Below, piece after piece: positions 12,693 through 24,722 of a stretch of 29,952 bases of DNA. The position numbers were made by a program, and so were the translations under genes. Position 1 is the stretch's first letter. Every line of letters starts with the position of its first letter. A model generated the notes under the pieces. It did not search any database and had not been told where the DNA came from. It saw only the letters and a program-made list of their open reading frames with translations. The DNA is from Octopus sinensis (lineage: Eukaryota), in the NCBI RefSeq assembly GCF_006345805.1, contig NW_021827578.1:1-29952 (forward strand). The letters are read 5' to 3'.

Positions 12693-12850
12693 CGCAGATA
12701 TGACTGTGTGGTAAGAAGTTTGTTTTCCATCCATATAGTTTCGGGTTCAGTCCCACTGCATGGCACCTTGAGAAAGTGTCTTCTTCTATAACCTCAGACC
12801 GACCAAAGCCTTGTGAGCAGACTTGGTTGACTGAAACTTAAAGCAGCCCT
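12693..12850 (+). mobile_element. Same SINE family, head only
   Basis: TGTGTGGTAAGAAG…GGGTTCAGTCCCACTGC…GACCAAAGCCTTGTGAG. Confidence 0.65.
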
Positions 12851-13917
12851 GCATAGGGGCTATCCAGCCTCCCGCCTTCGCCGTGAACAATAATTAATCT
12901 TCTCTCTTAGTTCTTTTGCGCTACATGGGCTCAACTCACCTCCTCTCTTCATCTGACACCAACCTCGCCTCCTCTCTTCATTTGACACCAACCCCATACC
13001 ACTCCACGCACACTAGCACTGACCACTTCTCAGACCCCCACACACAATCTTCAATAGCGTCACTACATATACTACTATATGAACATCTACACATACACAC
13101 ACAGTTTAACTCAGTACACACACCACACACCATCATGCACACTCGCACACCCACACAAGCACATAATACCTGTACACAGACAATATATATACACACATGC
13201 AACACGCATTAACACACGCAACACGCATAGACAAAGATAAATTTCACCCACGTACATACACCATACACATGCACATGGTTCTGGGCTCAGTCCCACTGCA
13301 TGGCAACTTGGGCAAGTGTCTTCTGCTGTAACCGCGAGCCAACCACACACGCACACACGCACACACGCACACGTCAGTCATTCGCCCCCATTCACACATA
13401 CACCCTTACACACTTACACACACCATTCTCGCATACACCCACGCACGCGCACTTTCTCTTGTTGGGATCACCGCCACTATTATTATCTTTCTTTCATTCA
13501 ACCCCTTTTCTCCAATCATTCGCCATGCTGTATCGCTGAACTCTACACGTTTTTCATTCTCTCTCTATTTATTTCTTCTTATGCCTTTCTGTCGAAGAGC
13601 ATAGGCTCAAAATGTAAAATATTTTTCCATTTTTCTCGAGCGTCAAACTAATGCACTCGCTTGATGTTTCTAGTCGTGTCTTCGTCTTCTTTTTTCTATA
13701 AATTTCAACTATATATACATATATATATATTCAATATGTGACCGCGTGCGTATCGTTGGCGATTTTCTTTCTCCGTGTTCCCTTCCTTGGACCTTTCCTT
13801 TTTCTATGTTTGTAACGAAGAGCTCCGCTCGAAACGTTAAATCCTCCTTCTTTCTTCCACGTCCTTCTTGTTCCACGTCCTCGTGTTGTTGTGTTTTCTC
13901 TTCGCTCATGTCTGGAT

Positions 13918-13919
<2 letters not shown>

Positions 13920-14005
<86 letters not shown>
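13920..14005. repeat. (TA)n microsatellite
   Basis: Direct reading. Confidence 0.95.
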
Positions 14006-14006
<1 letters not shown>

Positions 14007-14879
14007 TGAGAAAAAGGAGGCAGTCAAGGCAAAATCAAGATGGTTAAAACAGAACGTTGCGTTGTTCATTTACATGCATCAGACGCTTTTTTCTTTTTCT
14101 GCTTTGTTTAAAAATTAAATGTTTGAAAGAGAAGCAGAGGAATTATATTTCTTATTATGGCTTTTCTGAAAGTAATGATGATGGATGAAGACAAAACTTT
14201 TATATTACGTTATTACTGTTGTTTCTGAATCTGACTCGGATTCATATATATATATATATATATATAATCTGATCATTGGGATGTTGACAACTGTTCTTGC
14301 AGAATTTACCTGAGGAAAGAATACTAGAACCATTCTACCACTGATTAAGAAAGATATCTAATGTAGCTACTTGGCAGAGTAATTCGTGAAGAAGTTTTCT
14401 TTTGAATTCTCTTATCCAAGCAAGCAAAAAAAAAACGAAAAAGAAATGCTACAAGAGGATGAAAGATACTTGAGAAAATATATATATTTAAGCAGGCCTT
14501 GCTTTATTATATAATCTATATCCTACGGAGTGGCTTCTAGCTAAATATACGATATACATACAAACTCATTTGATTAAATGTGCATAAAGAAAAGATTGAC
14601 TTATAAACAGTACCAAATTATTTTTTTTTATATTCTGACTTCATCTTCCTAATGTTGTACTAATATTGAATGCTTTTTCATGTAAAACATGGAATTACAC
14701 AGAATATGGGTCTTGGCAATACAAGTGTAAAGGAATATACATTTTCATGGGACATTGGACTCTTTATTTTTCAGTGCTGGCCACGCACCTTTTCTCCTTT
14801 TCTTACCTTTTCCATCCTCCTTCCTAAAATTGACCTCTTTGAAAGGTCACTTTTGAGAAACTGCATTTATTTACAAATA

Positions 14880-15150
14880 TGTTGGCGTTCTGAGTTCAAA
14901 TTCCGCCGAGGTCAACTTTGCCTTTCATCCTTTCGGGGTCGATAAATTATGTACCAGTTACGCACTGGGGTCGATATAATCAACTTAATCCGTTTGTCTG
15001 TTCTTGTTTGTCCCCTCTGAGTTTAGCCCCGTGTGGGTAGTAAAGAAATAGGTATTTCGTCAGCCGTTACGTTCTGAGTTCAAATTGCACCAATTGTCTG
15101 TGCTTGTTTGTCCCTTCTATGTTTAGCCCTTTGTGAGCAATAAAGAAAAG
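14880..15150 (+). mobile_element. Second SINE family, partial
   Basis: TTCTGAGTTCAAATTCCGCCGAGGTC… body. Confidence 0.7.
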
Positions 15151-15254
15151 AAAAGATATACAATGGAACAGAATAAAGAAAGAAAAAAGAAAAATATTTT
15201 GTAATGAAAAATCAATGAATTGACCACATCAAATCAAAAAGAAACTCTCTTCTT

Positions 15255-15645
15255 CTCCTCTCTCTCTCTCTCCCTCCCTCTCGATCTATCTATCTCTCCA
15301 TCTATCTGTCTGTCTGTCTGCCTGTCTGCCTGTCTGTCTGTCTATCTATCTGTCTGTCTGTCTCTCTATCTGTCTTTCTATCTGTCTATCAGTCTGTCTG
15401 TCTGTCTGTCTATCTATCTGTCTGTCTCTCTCTCTCTATCTGTCTGTCTGTCTCTCTCTCTATCTGTCTGTCTCTCTCTCTCTCTCTCTCTTTATCTGTC
15501 TGTCTCTCTATCTGCCTGTCTGTCTCTCTCTCTATCTGTCTCTCTGTCTCTCTCTATCTATCTGTCTGTCTGTCTCTCTCTTTATCTGTCTGTCTCTCTA
15601 TCTGTCTGTCTGTCTCTCCTCTCTATCTGTCTGTCTGTCTCTCTA

Positions 15646-15686
<41 letters not shown>

Positions 15687-15755
15687 ATCTACCTGTCTGT
15701 CTGTCCTTCCATCTATCTGTCTGTCTCTCTATCTGTCTGTTTGTCTGTTTCTTTA

Positions 15756-15788
<33 letters not shown>

Positions 15789-16075
15789 ACCTGTCTGTCT
15801 GTCTCTATGTCTGTCTGCCTGTCTGTCTCTCTACCTGTCTGTCTGTCTATCTATCTATCTGTCTTTCTCTCTCCCTCTCTCTATCTGCACGCACACGTTC
15901 AGAACACACGCACACACATGAACGAACATGGGCGTGCGCACTCACACACACACATACATGCATATACACACGCACATGCGTATTTATTCATATGTACATA
16001 TGTATATATGAATGCACACCTGCATATTAGTGTGCGCGCACACACGCATTAGCGTGCAAATGCGTACTCGCACGC
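15255..16075. repeat. (TCTG/TCTA/TC)n array grading into (CA)n-rich DNA, ending at the duplication breakpoint
   Basis: Direct reading. Confidence 0.95.
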
Positions 16076-16193
16076 GTGTGCATACACGTGTGTACCTGCG
16101 CATAACAAGCACTGGGGTTTGGTAAACGTTGGGTGTCGGCAATTGGCAGTCCTGTTGGTTGCTGACGGTGACCTTGGTGCAGACGGTGTAAGG

Positions 16194-17221
16194 CAGGGGT
16201 GGGCGAACTTTTTTGATCGCGGGCCGCACAGTGCGTCTTTGGAACCTTGGCGGGCCTCATTTATAAAAATCAAGTGAAAATATTTTTAAAGGCGGTTATA
16301 GACCTATAAACACACAATTGATTGAAAGGAAATTTTGTGAAATATTCCTGGTTTAAGTGATTTTATTTATTTTTAGAGTATCGGGTTCATGTTTTTCGGT
16401 TATTTGCTCCTATAGTTGAAATTATTACAGGAACCTCGGTTATTTTGGACAGCCTGTTATTGCTTACAAATTGCCAGGAACGGAATTTTCCTAGTAAAAT
16501 CTGCACTAATTGTGGACAACCACCTCTTAATATTATGGACAACCATGATGAATATTATACTTAAATTCTAGGATACCCAAAATAAAAGATTTTAAAGAGA
16601 AATTACAGTTTATTAATATGAATTGATATCTGAAATTAGAAACGTCACCTGAAACATTTATTTGAAAAACAAAGCGGCTCTGTAAATAACAATGTCAATG
16701 AGAATAATGCAGCTGTCTACTGTCATTACCAGTTTGTCAAAATTAGGTGTCAAGTTGCTTGTGCTGATTCTTAACACTGACTGAAGATTTGAGTCTGTGA
16801 GAAGTGATCGATTCTTCCCCTTGTTAATTTTCATGATGGAGAAAGTCTGCTCACATATGTGGAAGCACTCCGTCGGTTACGACGACGAGGGTTCTTGTTG
16901 ATCCGATCAACGGAACAGCCTGCTTGTGAAAACGTGTAAGTGGCTGAGCACTCACAGACACGTGGTATCCTTAACGTAGTTCTCGGGGATATTCAGCATG
17001 ACACAGAGAGTGACAAGGCCGCGGCCTTTTGAAATACAGGTACAATAGAAACAGGAAAAGGAAGTAAGAGTGAGAGAAAGTTGTGGTGAAAGTGTACAGC
17101 AGGGATCACCACCATCCTTGCAGGAGCCTCGTGGAGCTTTAGGTGTTTCGCTCAATAAACACTCACAACGCCCGGTCTGGGAATCGAAACCGCGATCCTA
17201 CTACCGCAAGTCCGCTGCCCT
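16194..17221 (-). mobile_element. Duplicated one-ended copy of the same hAT element
   Basis: GTGTAAGG (16186-16193) followed by TIR CAGGGGTGGGCGAAC. Cut off by the viral insert at 17221. Confidence 0.9.
16861..17221 (-). mobile_element. Duplicated copy of the same SINE, with its 5' A-box end removed by the viral junction
   Basis: Matches 25965-26322; lacks AACCACTGGGCCATT. Confidence 0.85.
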
Positions 17222-17651
17222 CCCGGTCAGGTCTCCTATCCAAAAAGTTCAGTGCACAGCACGCTTTAGGAGAGGGGACAGGCAAAGATATCAAATTACA
17301 AAGCAAGATTTGACAGTTAGAAATGACGCAATACCGGGAGGGAGGGAGGTGGAGGAATCTAAAGAATTTAGCGGATAGGTATTCTTTAGATTCCTCCACC
17401 TCCTCCCCCTCCCGGTATTGCGTCATTTCCTAACTGTCAAATCTTGCTTTGTAATTTGATATCTTTGCCTGTCCCCTCTCCTAAAGCGTGCTGTGCACTG
17501 AACTTTTGGATAGGAGACCTGACCGGGAGGGAGGGAGGTGGAGGAATCTAAAGAATTTAGCGGATAGGTATTCTTTAGATTCCTCCACCTCCCTCCCTCC
17601 CGGTCAGGTCTCCTATCTCCACCTCCCTCCCTCCCGGTCAGGTCTCCTATC
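17218..17651. repeat. Type-B hairpin module: spacer-hairpin-inverted spacer-hairpin-34-bp tandem duplication
   Basis: 107-bp spacer 17227-17333 and its reverse complement 17416-17522. Hairpins 17334-17415 and 17523-17603 with loop TTAGCGGATAGGT. Tandem 34-mer at 17583-17616 / 17617-17650. Confidence 0.92.
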
Positions 17652-17782
17652 GTCTGCTAAGTTTTTATCTTGGTAATATTCTTTATCGTGTTCTTTAAAC
17701 AAGCTTCGTCTAATTCGTCGATAGGTTCACCAAGATTTAATTTATTAAATGGTCCGCAATATTTGTAAACTCCGGGTAACAT
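17648..17782 (-). pseudogene. Truncated VP1 copy encoding only about the first 45 codons (PLA2 part)
   Basis: Nearly identical to the 5' end of the other copies. Joined to hairpin module B through a TATC microhomology at 17648-17651. Confidence 0.85.
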
Positions 17783-17951
17783 AACAGTTGCGCCTAAATA
17801 TCAATGGCGCCTAAATGAATGTACTATCACGTGATCTTATAGCGCACTGATTGGCTATTTAGCGATATCCGGTTATTGCATCACTTTTTTTAAAAAGGGA
17901 GATAATAACAATAAAGAATATTACAAAAAATTCCCCTCTTGGGGCCAAATT

Positions 17952-18010
17952 AAAAAAAAAAAACAGTGCACAAAAAACCTTCCTACCGACGAAGTCGGTA
18001 GGGAGGGAGG

Positions 18011-18050
<40 letters not shown>

Positions 18051-18302
18051 TTTAGTAATCCTTGCAAATGCACTGCTCAAAGACGGCAACCGGGAGGGAG
18101 GGAGGTTAGTAGAATATGACTTATCGGCTTAGTCATATTCTACTAACCTCCCTCCCTCCCGGTTGCCGTCTTTGAGCAGTGCATTTGCAAGGATTACTAA
18201 AAAAAAAATAAAAAAAAAAATAAAAAAAAAAATAAAAATTTTTCCTCCCTCCCTACCGACTTCGTCGGTAGGAAGGTTTTTTGTGCACTGTTTTTTTTTT
18301 TT
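17952..18302. repeat. Type-A junction palindrome (fused inverted terminal repeats), junction 1
   Basis: ~170-bp arms around the 9-nt loop TATCGGCTT (18122-18130). Core stem CCGGGAGGGAGGGAGGTTAGTAGAATATGACT. Each arm has a sub-hairpin CCTACCGAC-GAA-GTCGGTAGG and poly-A/T tracts. Confidence 0.95.
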
Positions 18303-18505
18303 TGGGGTTTTTTTTATTTTGATTTTACAAAACATAAATATTTTATCTCGAGGATATTACTAATTATATAATAATGATATTGAAAATGATATAAAATATA
18401 TAAAATATAAAGAAGTTATCTCGAAGATATTACTAGTTATATAATCAATAAACGACTAGTTGCTGCTAGAACTTTTTTTGAAGAAGAAACGATCTCCGGA
18501 CTATG

Positions 18506-20100
18506 TCACCTCATTGCTGGGAAAGCTGATTCATAACCTGTTCCTGTATATGTACGTAGGCTTTGTGGCCATTGATTCAAATTCATTTTGTGTTCAGGAT
18601 TTAATGGACAACGACTAGTTGCTGCTGGAACTCTAGGTAAGTAACCTACAAATTGTGGTGAACCTGATGGTTTTTCGAATTCGATCTCGCTGAAATAATC
18701 TATCGTAATCAAAAAAGTAATTTTCGCTGCTTGAGAATTGCTATCCAAATTGGTATAGGATCTAAAACTGCAACTGGTGGTGGATCAGATGGATTTATTG
18801 GCATTTGAGTCAAACAACTTCTGCTGGGTACTTTTTCATCTGTCAGCATATCGTTCCATGTTGTTTTACCATTTGTTTTCGGGAACCCAATTATCTGTAG
18901 CATTTTGGAATGCGTTAATTTCAACAGGCATTCCGAATCATTACCGATTTCACCGTAAGTTATATGTCCCGCAAGAGCATCAAAATCCGATGCATTAAAC
19001 CAACCTGGAGTATTATTAGTCCATGTATATTGCCAGGTTTGATCTGCTCTCAATACGTTCCATCTACCAGTATTGTAAAGGCTCATTAATTCTCTCCATT
19101 CATCTCTTTTATATTCTCTGTTATTTTGTTTGGTTGAAATTGAAAAGTTTCAGTTGGTACTTTTCTATTGGACGGGATGTTTTAACTTCCCTTCATCTCT
19201 ATTTTCTGGTATATTGTGTCGTAATCGTTATTGACTTGTTCAACAGCCCTTGTCATATTCGAAAGAAAGCTGCATTTGTATCGACATATGTCATAATCCA
19301 AGGTCTCGTATTGAATGTAGTATTAGTAGTAGTAGTACCTTGAAGTGAACTTAGATCGTCTGTTATAGGAACAACGTTTGATACACGAAAACCACACTTC
19401 CTGACTCTCCATTTAGTACATGTATATAAAGATGCTTGTAACTCAGCTTTCGTTGCCGAAGCTCTTAGATCTGCATATGGTATTTCAACGCATCTATGTT
19501 CGAATTTCATATCTGTCCATTTGTGTGAGTTCTTGTTGAATTGAAATTACATTTATCAAGAGGTTGGTCGAAAGCATCCAAGTAATGAAATAGAGTTCTT
19601 GAGAATGTTTTTCTTTCGATTGGATTTTTGTCTCCTATTCTCGGAGGTCGATCGCTCGCAATAGTTGTTCCCTGTCCACTGGAAGTGTAACCGACATCAT
19701 CTGGTGATGGTCCTATGGTATCATCCGCTACAATTCCCGTATCTCATAAAAGATGGTTGCCCACATCGAATAGGTGAAGACATATCGCAATATTCCTGCT
19801 GTTCGTTTCTGTATCTTCTATTTCTTTTCTTTTGATCGTTTACAGGAGGCATCAAGAATTTATCTGAAATATCGTTCGTATATTTAATCTAAAATCTTTT
19901 AGTGTTGATAGCAGTTTTTGCAATAGCAGAGTTTATACCCGGTATTTTATCTAATTCTTTAAAAAAATATCGTCTGCTAAGTTTTTATCTTGGTAATATT
20001 CTTTATCGTGTTCTAAACAAGCTTCGTCTAATTCGTCGATAGGTTCACCAAGATTTAATTTATTAAATGGTCCGCAATATTTGTAAACTCCGGGTAACAT
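18506..20100 (-). CDS. VP1: Densovirus-like capsid protein VP1, copy 1 (more apparent indels)
   Basis: Colinear, near-identical to copies 2 and 3. ORF pieces 18506-18748, 18709-19086 and 19253-19510 match the consensus peptide. ATG at 20100. Confidence 0.85.
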
Positions 20101-20268
20101 AACAGTTGCGCCTAAATATCAATGGCGCCTAAATGAATGTACTATCACGTGATCATTTATAGCGCACTGATTGGCTATTAGCGATATCGGTTATTGCATC
20201 ACTTTTTTTAAAAAGGGAGATAATAACAATAAAGAATATTACAAAAAATTCCCCTCTTGGGGCAAATT

Positions 20269-20598
20269 AAAAAAAAAAAACAGTGCACAAAAAACCTTCC
20301 TACCGACGAAGTCGGTAGGGAGGGAGGAAAATTTTTTTTTTTTTTTTTTTTTTTAGTAATCCTTGCAAATGCACTGCTCAAAGACGGAACCGGGAGGGAG
20401 GGAGGTTAGTAGAATATGACTTATCGGCTTAGTCATATCTACTAACCTCCCTCCCTCCCGGTTGCCGTCTTTGAGCAGTGCATTTGCAAGGATTACTAAA
20501 AAAAAAATAAAAAAAAAAATAAAAAAAAAAATAAAAATTTTTCCTCCCTCCCTACCGACTTGTCGGTAGGAAGGTTTTTTGTGCATGTTTTTTTTTTT
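20269..20598. repeat. Type-A junction palindrome, junction 2
   Basis: Same arms and loop (20422-20430) as junction 1. Confidence 0.95.
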
Positions 20599-20800
20599 GG
20601 GGGTTTTTTTTATTTTGATTTTACAAAACATAAATATTTTATCTCGAGGATATTACTAATTAATAATTATTAATATATGAAAATGATATAAAATATATAA
20701 AATATAAAGAAGTTATCTCGAAGATATTACTAGTTATATAATCAATAAACGACTAGTTGCTGCTAGAACTTTTTTTTGAAGAAACGATCTCCGGACTATG

Positions 20801-22413
20801 TCACCTCATTGCTGGGAAAGCTGATTCATAACCTGTTCCTGTATATGTACGTAGGCTTTGTGGCCATTGATTCAAATTCATTTTGTGTTCAGGATTTAAT
20901 GGACAACGACTAGTTGCTGCTGGAACTCTAGGTAAGTAACCTACAAATTGTGGTGAACCTGATGGTTTTTCGAATTCGATCTCGCTGAAATAATCTATCG
21001 TAATCAAAAAAGTAATTTTCGCTGCTTGAGAATTGCTATCCAATATTGGTATAGGATCTAAAACTGCAACTGGTGGTGGATCAGATGGATTTATTGGCAT
21101 TTGAGTCAAACAACTTCTGCTGGGTACTTTTTCATCTGTCAGCATATCGTTCCATGTTGTTTTACCATTTGTTTTTTCGGGAACCCAATTATCTGTAGCA
21201 TTTTGGAATGCGTTAATTTCAACAGGCATTTCCGAATCATTACCGATTTCACCGTAAGTTATATGTCCCGCAAGAGCATCAAAATCCGATGCATTAAACC
21301 AACCTGGAGTATTATTAGTCCATGTATATTGCCAGGTTTGATCTGCTCTCAATACGTTCCATCTACCAGTATTGTAAAGGCTCATTAATTCTTCTCCATT
21401 CATCTCTTTTATATTCTCTGTTACTTTTTGTTTTGTTTGAAATTGAAAAGTTTCAGTTGGTACTTTTCTATATTGGACGGGATGTTTTAACTTCCCTTCA
21501 TCTCTATTTTCTGGTATATTGTGTTCGTAATCGTTATTGACTTGTTCAACAGCCCTTGTCATATTTCGAAAGAAAGCTGCATTTGTATCGACATATGTCA
21601 TAATCCAAGGTCTCGTATTGAATGTAGTATTAGTAGTAGTAGTACCTTGAAGTGAACTTAGATCGTCTGTTATAGGAACAACGTTTGATACACGAAAACC
21701 ACACTTCCTGACTCTCCATTTAGTACATGTATATAAAGATGCTTGTAACTCAGCTTTCGTTGCCGAAGCTCTTAGATCTGCATATGGTATTTCAACGCAT
21801 CTATGTTCGAATTTCATATCTGTCCATTTGTGTGAGTTCTTGTTGAATTGAAATTTACATTTATCAAGAGGTTGGTCGAAAGCATCCAAGTAATGAAATA
21901 GAGTTCTTGAGAATGTTTTCTTTCGATTGGATTTTTGTCTCCTATTCTCGGAGGTCGATCGCTCGCAATAGTTGTTCCCTGTCCACTGGAAGTGTAACCG
22001 ACATCATCTGGTGATGGTCCTATGGTATCATCCGCTACAATTCCCGTATCTATAAAAGATGGTTGCCCACATCGAATAGGTGAAGACATATCGCAATATT
22101 CCTGCTGTTCGTTTTCTGTATCTTCTATTTTTCTTTTCTTTTGATCGTTTACAGGAGGCATCAAGAATTTATCTGAAATATCGTTCGTATATTTATCTAT
22201 AAATCTTTTAGTGTTGATAGCAGTTTTTGCAATAGCAGAGTTTATACCCGTATTTATTATTATCTAATTCTTTAAAAAAATATCGTCTGCTAAGTTTTTA
22301 TCTTGGTAATATTCTTTATCGTGTTCTAAACAAGCTTCGTCTAATTCGTCGATAGGTTCACCAAGATTTAATTTATTAAATGGTCCGCAATATTTGTAAA
22401 CTCCGGGTAACAT
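20801..22413 (-). CDS. VP1: Densovirus-like capsid protein VP1, copy 2 (C-terminal 362 codons open)
   Basis: ORF 20801-21889 overlaps copy 3's N-terminal ORF (…LFHYLDAFDQPLDK…). Together they give a continuous ~536-aa protein. EIPYADL…RVRKCGFRVSNVVP resembles densovirus jelly-roll strands. ATG at 22413 by alignment. Confidence 0.88.
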
Positions 22414-22584
22414 AACAGTTGCGCCTAAATATCAATGGCGCCTAAATGAATGTACTATCACGTGATCATTTATAGCGCACTGATTGGCTATTTAGCGATA
22501 TCCGGTTATTGCATCACTTTTTTTAAAAAGGGAGATAATAACAATAAAGAATATTACAAAAAATTCCCCTCTTGGGGCCAAATT

Positions 22585-22919
22585 AAAAAAAAAAAACAGT
22601 GCACAAAAAACCTTCCTACCGACGAAGTCGGTAGGGAGGGAGGAAAATTTTTTTTTTTTTTTTTTTTTTTTTTAGTAATCCTTGCAAATGCACTGCTCAA
22701 AGACGGCAACGGGAGGGAGGGAGGTTAGTAGAATATGACTTATCGGCTTAGTCATATTCTACTACCTCCCTCCCTCCCGGTTGCCGTCTTTGAGCAGTGC
22801 ATTTGCAAGATTACTAAAAAAAAAATAAAAAAAAAAATAAAAAAAAAAATAAAAATTTTTCCTCCCTCCCTACCGACTTCGTCGGTAGGAAGGTTTTTTG
22901 TGCACTGTTTTTTTTTTTT
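22585..22919. repeat. Type-A junction palindrome, junction 3
   Basis: Same arms and loop (22741-22749). Confidence 0.95.
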
Positions 22920-23121
22920 GGGGGTTTTTTTTATTTTGATTTTACAAAACATAAATATTTTATCTCGAGGATATTACTAATTATATAATTAATGATATTG
23001 AAAATGATATAAAATATATAAAATATAAAGAAGTTATCTCGAAGATATTACTAGTTATATAATCAATAAACGACTAGTTGCTGCTAGAACTTTTTTTTGA
23101 AGAAACGATCTCCGGACTATG

Positions 23122-24722
23122 TCACCTCATTGCTGGGAAAGCTGATTCATACCTGTTCCTGTATATGTACGTAGGCTTTGTGGCCATTGATTCAAATTCT
23201 TTTGTGTTCAGGATTTATGGACAACGACTAGTTGCTGCTGGAACTCTAGGTAAGTAACCTACAAATTGTGGTGAACCTGATGGTTTTTCGAATTCGATCT
23301 CGCTGAAATAATCTATCGTAATCAAAAAAGTAATTTTCGCTGCTTGAGAATTGCTATCCAATATTGGTATAGGATCTAAAACTGCAACTGGTGGTGGATC
23401 AGATGGATTATTGGCATTTGAGTCAAACAACTTCTGCTGGGTACTTTTTCATCTGTCAGCATATCGTTCCATGTTGTTTTACCATTTGTTTTTTCGGGAA
23501 CCCAATTATCTGTAGCATTTTGGAATGCGTTAATTTCAACAGGCATTTCCGAATCATTACCGATTTCACCGTAAGTTATATCCCGCAAGAGCATCAAAAT
23601 CCGATGCATTAAACCAACCTGGAGTATTATTAGTCCATGTATATTGCCAGGTTTGATCTGCTCTCAATACGTTCCATCTACCAGTATTGTAAAGGCTCAT
23701 TAATTCTTCTCCATTCATCTCTTTTATATTCTCTGTTACTTTTGTTTTGTGTTGAAATTGAAAAGTTTCAGTTGGTACTTTTCTATATTGGACGGGATGT
23801 TTTAACTTCCCTTCATCTCTATTTTCTGGTATATTGTGTTCGTAATCGTTATTGACTTGTTCAACAGCCCTTGTCATATTCGAAAGAAAGCTGCATTTGT
23901 ATCGACATATGTCATAATCCAAGGTCTCGTATTGAATGTAGTATTAGTAGTAGTAGTACCTTGAAGTGAACTTAGATCGTCTGTTATAGGAACAACGTTT
24001 GATCACGAAACCACACTTCCTGACTCTCCATTTAGTACATGTATATAAGATGCTTGTAACTCAGCTTTCGTTGCCGAAGCTCTTAGATCTGCATATGGTA
24101 TTTCAACGCATCTATGTTCGAATTTCATATCTGTCCATTTGTGTGAGTTCTTGTTGAATTGAAATTTACATTTATCAAGAGGTTGGTCGAAAGCATCCAA
24201 GTAATGAAATAGAGTTCTTGAGAATGTTTTTCTTTCGATTGGATTTTTGTCTCCTATTCTCGGAGGTCGATCGCTCGCAATAGTTGTTCCCTGTCCACTG
24301 GAAGTGTAACCGACATCATCTGGTGATGGTCCTATGGTATCATCCGCTACAATTCCCGTATCTATAAAAGATGGTTGCCCACATCGAATAGGTGAAGACA
24401 TATCGCAATATTCCTGCTGTTCGTTTTCTGTATCTTCTATTTTTCTTTTCTTTTGATCGTTTACAGGAGGCATCAAGAATTTATCTGAAATATCGTTCGT
24501 ATATTTATCTATAAATCTTTTAGTGTTGATAGCAGTTTTTGCAATAGCAGAGTTTATACCCGGTATTTTATCTAATTTCTTTAAAAAAATATCGTCTGCT
24601 AAGTTTTTATCTTGGTAATATTCTTTATCGTGTTCTAAACAAGCTTCGTCTAATTCGTCGATAGGTTCACCAAGATTTAATTTATTAAATGGTCCGCAAT
24701 ATTTGTAAACTCCGGGTAACAT
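23122..24722 (-). CDS. VP1: Densovirus-like capsid protein VP1 with N-terminal PLA2, copy 3 (5' half open; apparent frameshifts downstream)
   Basis: ORF 24003-24722 begins MLPGVYKYCGPFNKLNLGEPIDELDEACLEHDKEYY...ADDIF: Ca-binding loop YxGPxN, catalytic HDxxY and the downstream Asp of parvoviral PLA2. A basic KKRK follows. Stop TGA at 23122-23124 by alignment to copy 2. Confidence 0.88.

Larger units (their letters stand above)
16076..17221 (+). repeat. Left copy of ~1.15 kb host direct duplication flanking the viral insert
   Basis: Matches 25179-26322 except for scattered small indels. Confidence 0.95.

Noticed and set aside
18122-18130. CRESS-virus nonanucleotide origin in the 9-nt loop
   Set aside because: TATCGGCTT and its complement do not resemble NANTATTAC. 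The PLA2-VP1 and long ITR arms fit parvoviruses better.
17859-18363. K/F-rich ORFs over the palindromes (also 20171-20631, 22450-22980)
   Set aside because: Translations of poly-A/T tracts in the ITR arms; mirrored on both strands and variable between copies.
18447-18452. Plus-strand AATAAA as the leftover poly(A) signal of a deleted ambisense NS gene
   Set aside because: The region is very AT-rich, so the hexamer is expected by chance, and no NS coding remnant lies upstream.
18506-24722. Programmed frameshifting or true pseudogenisation of VP
   Set aside because: Indels differ in each copy, cluster in homopolymers and also affect the host duplication, which is most consistent with sequencing error. 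Not provable without reads.
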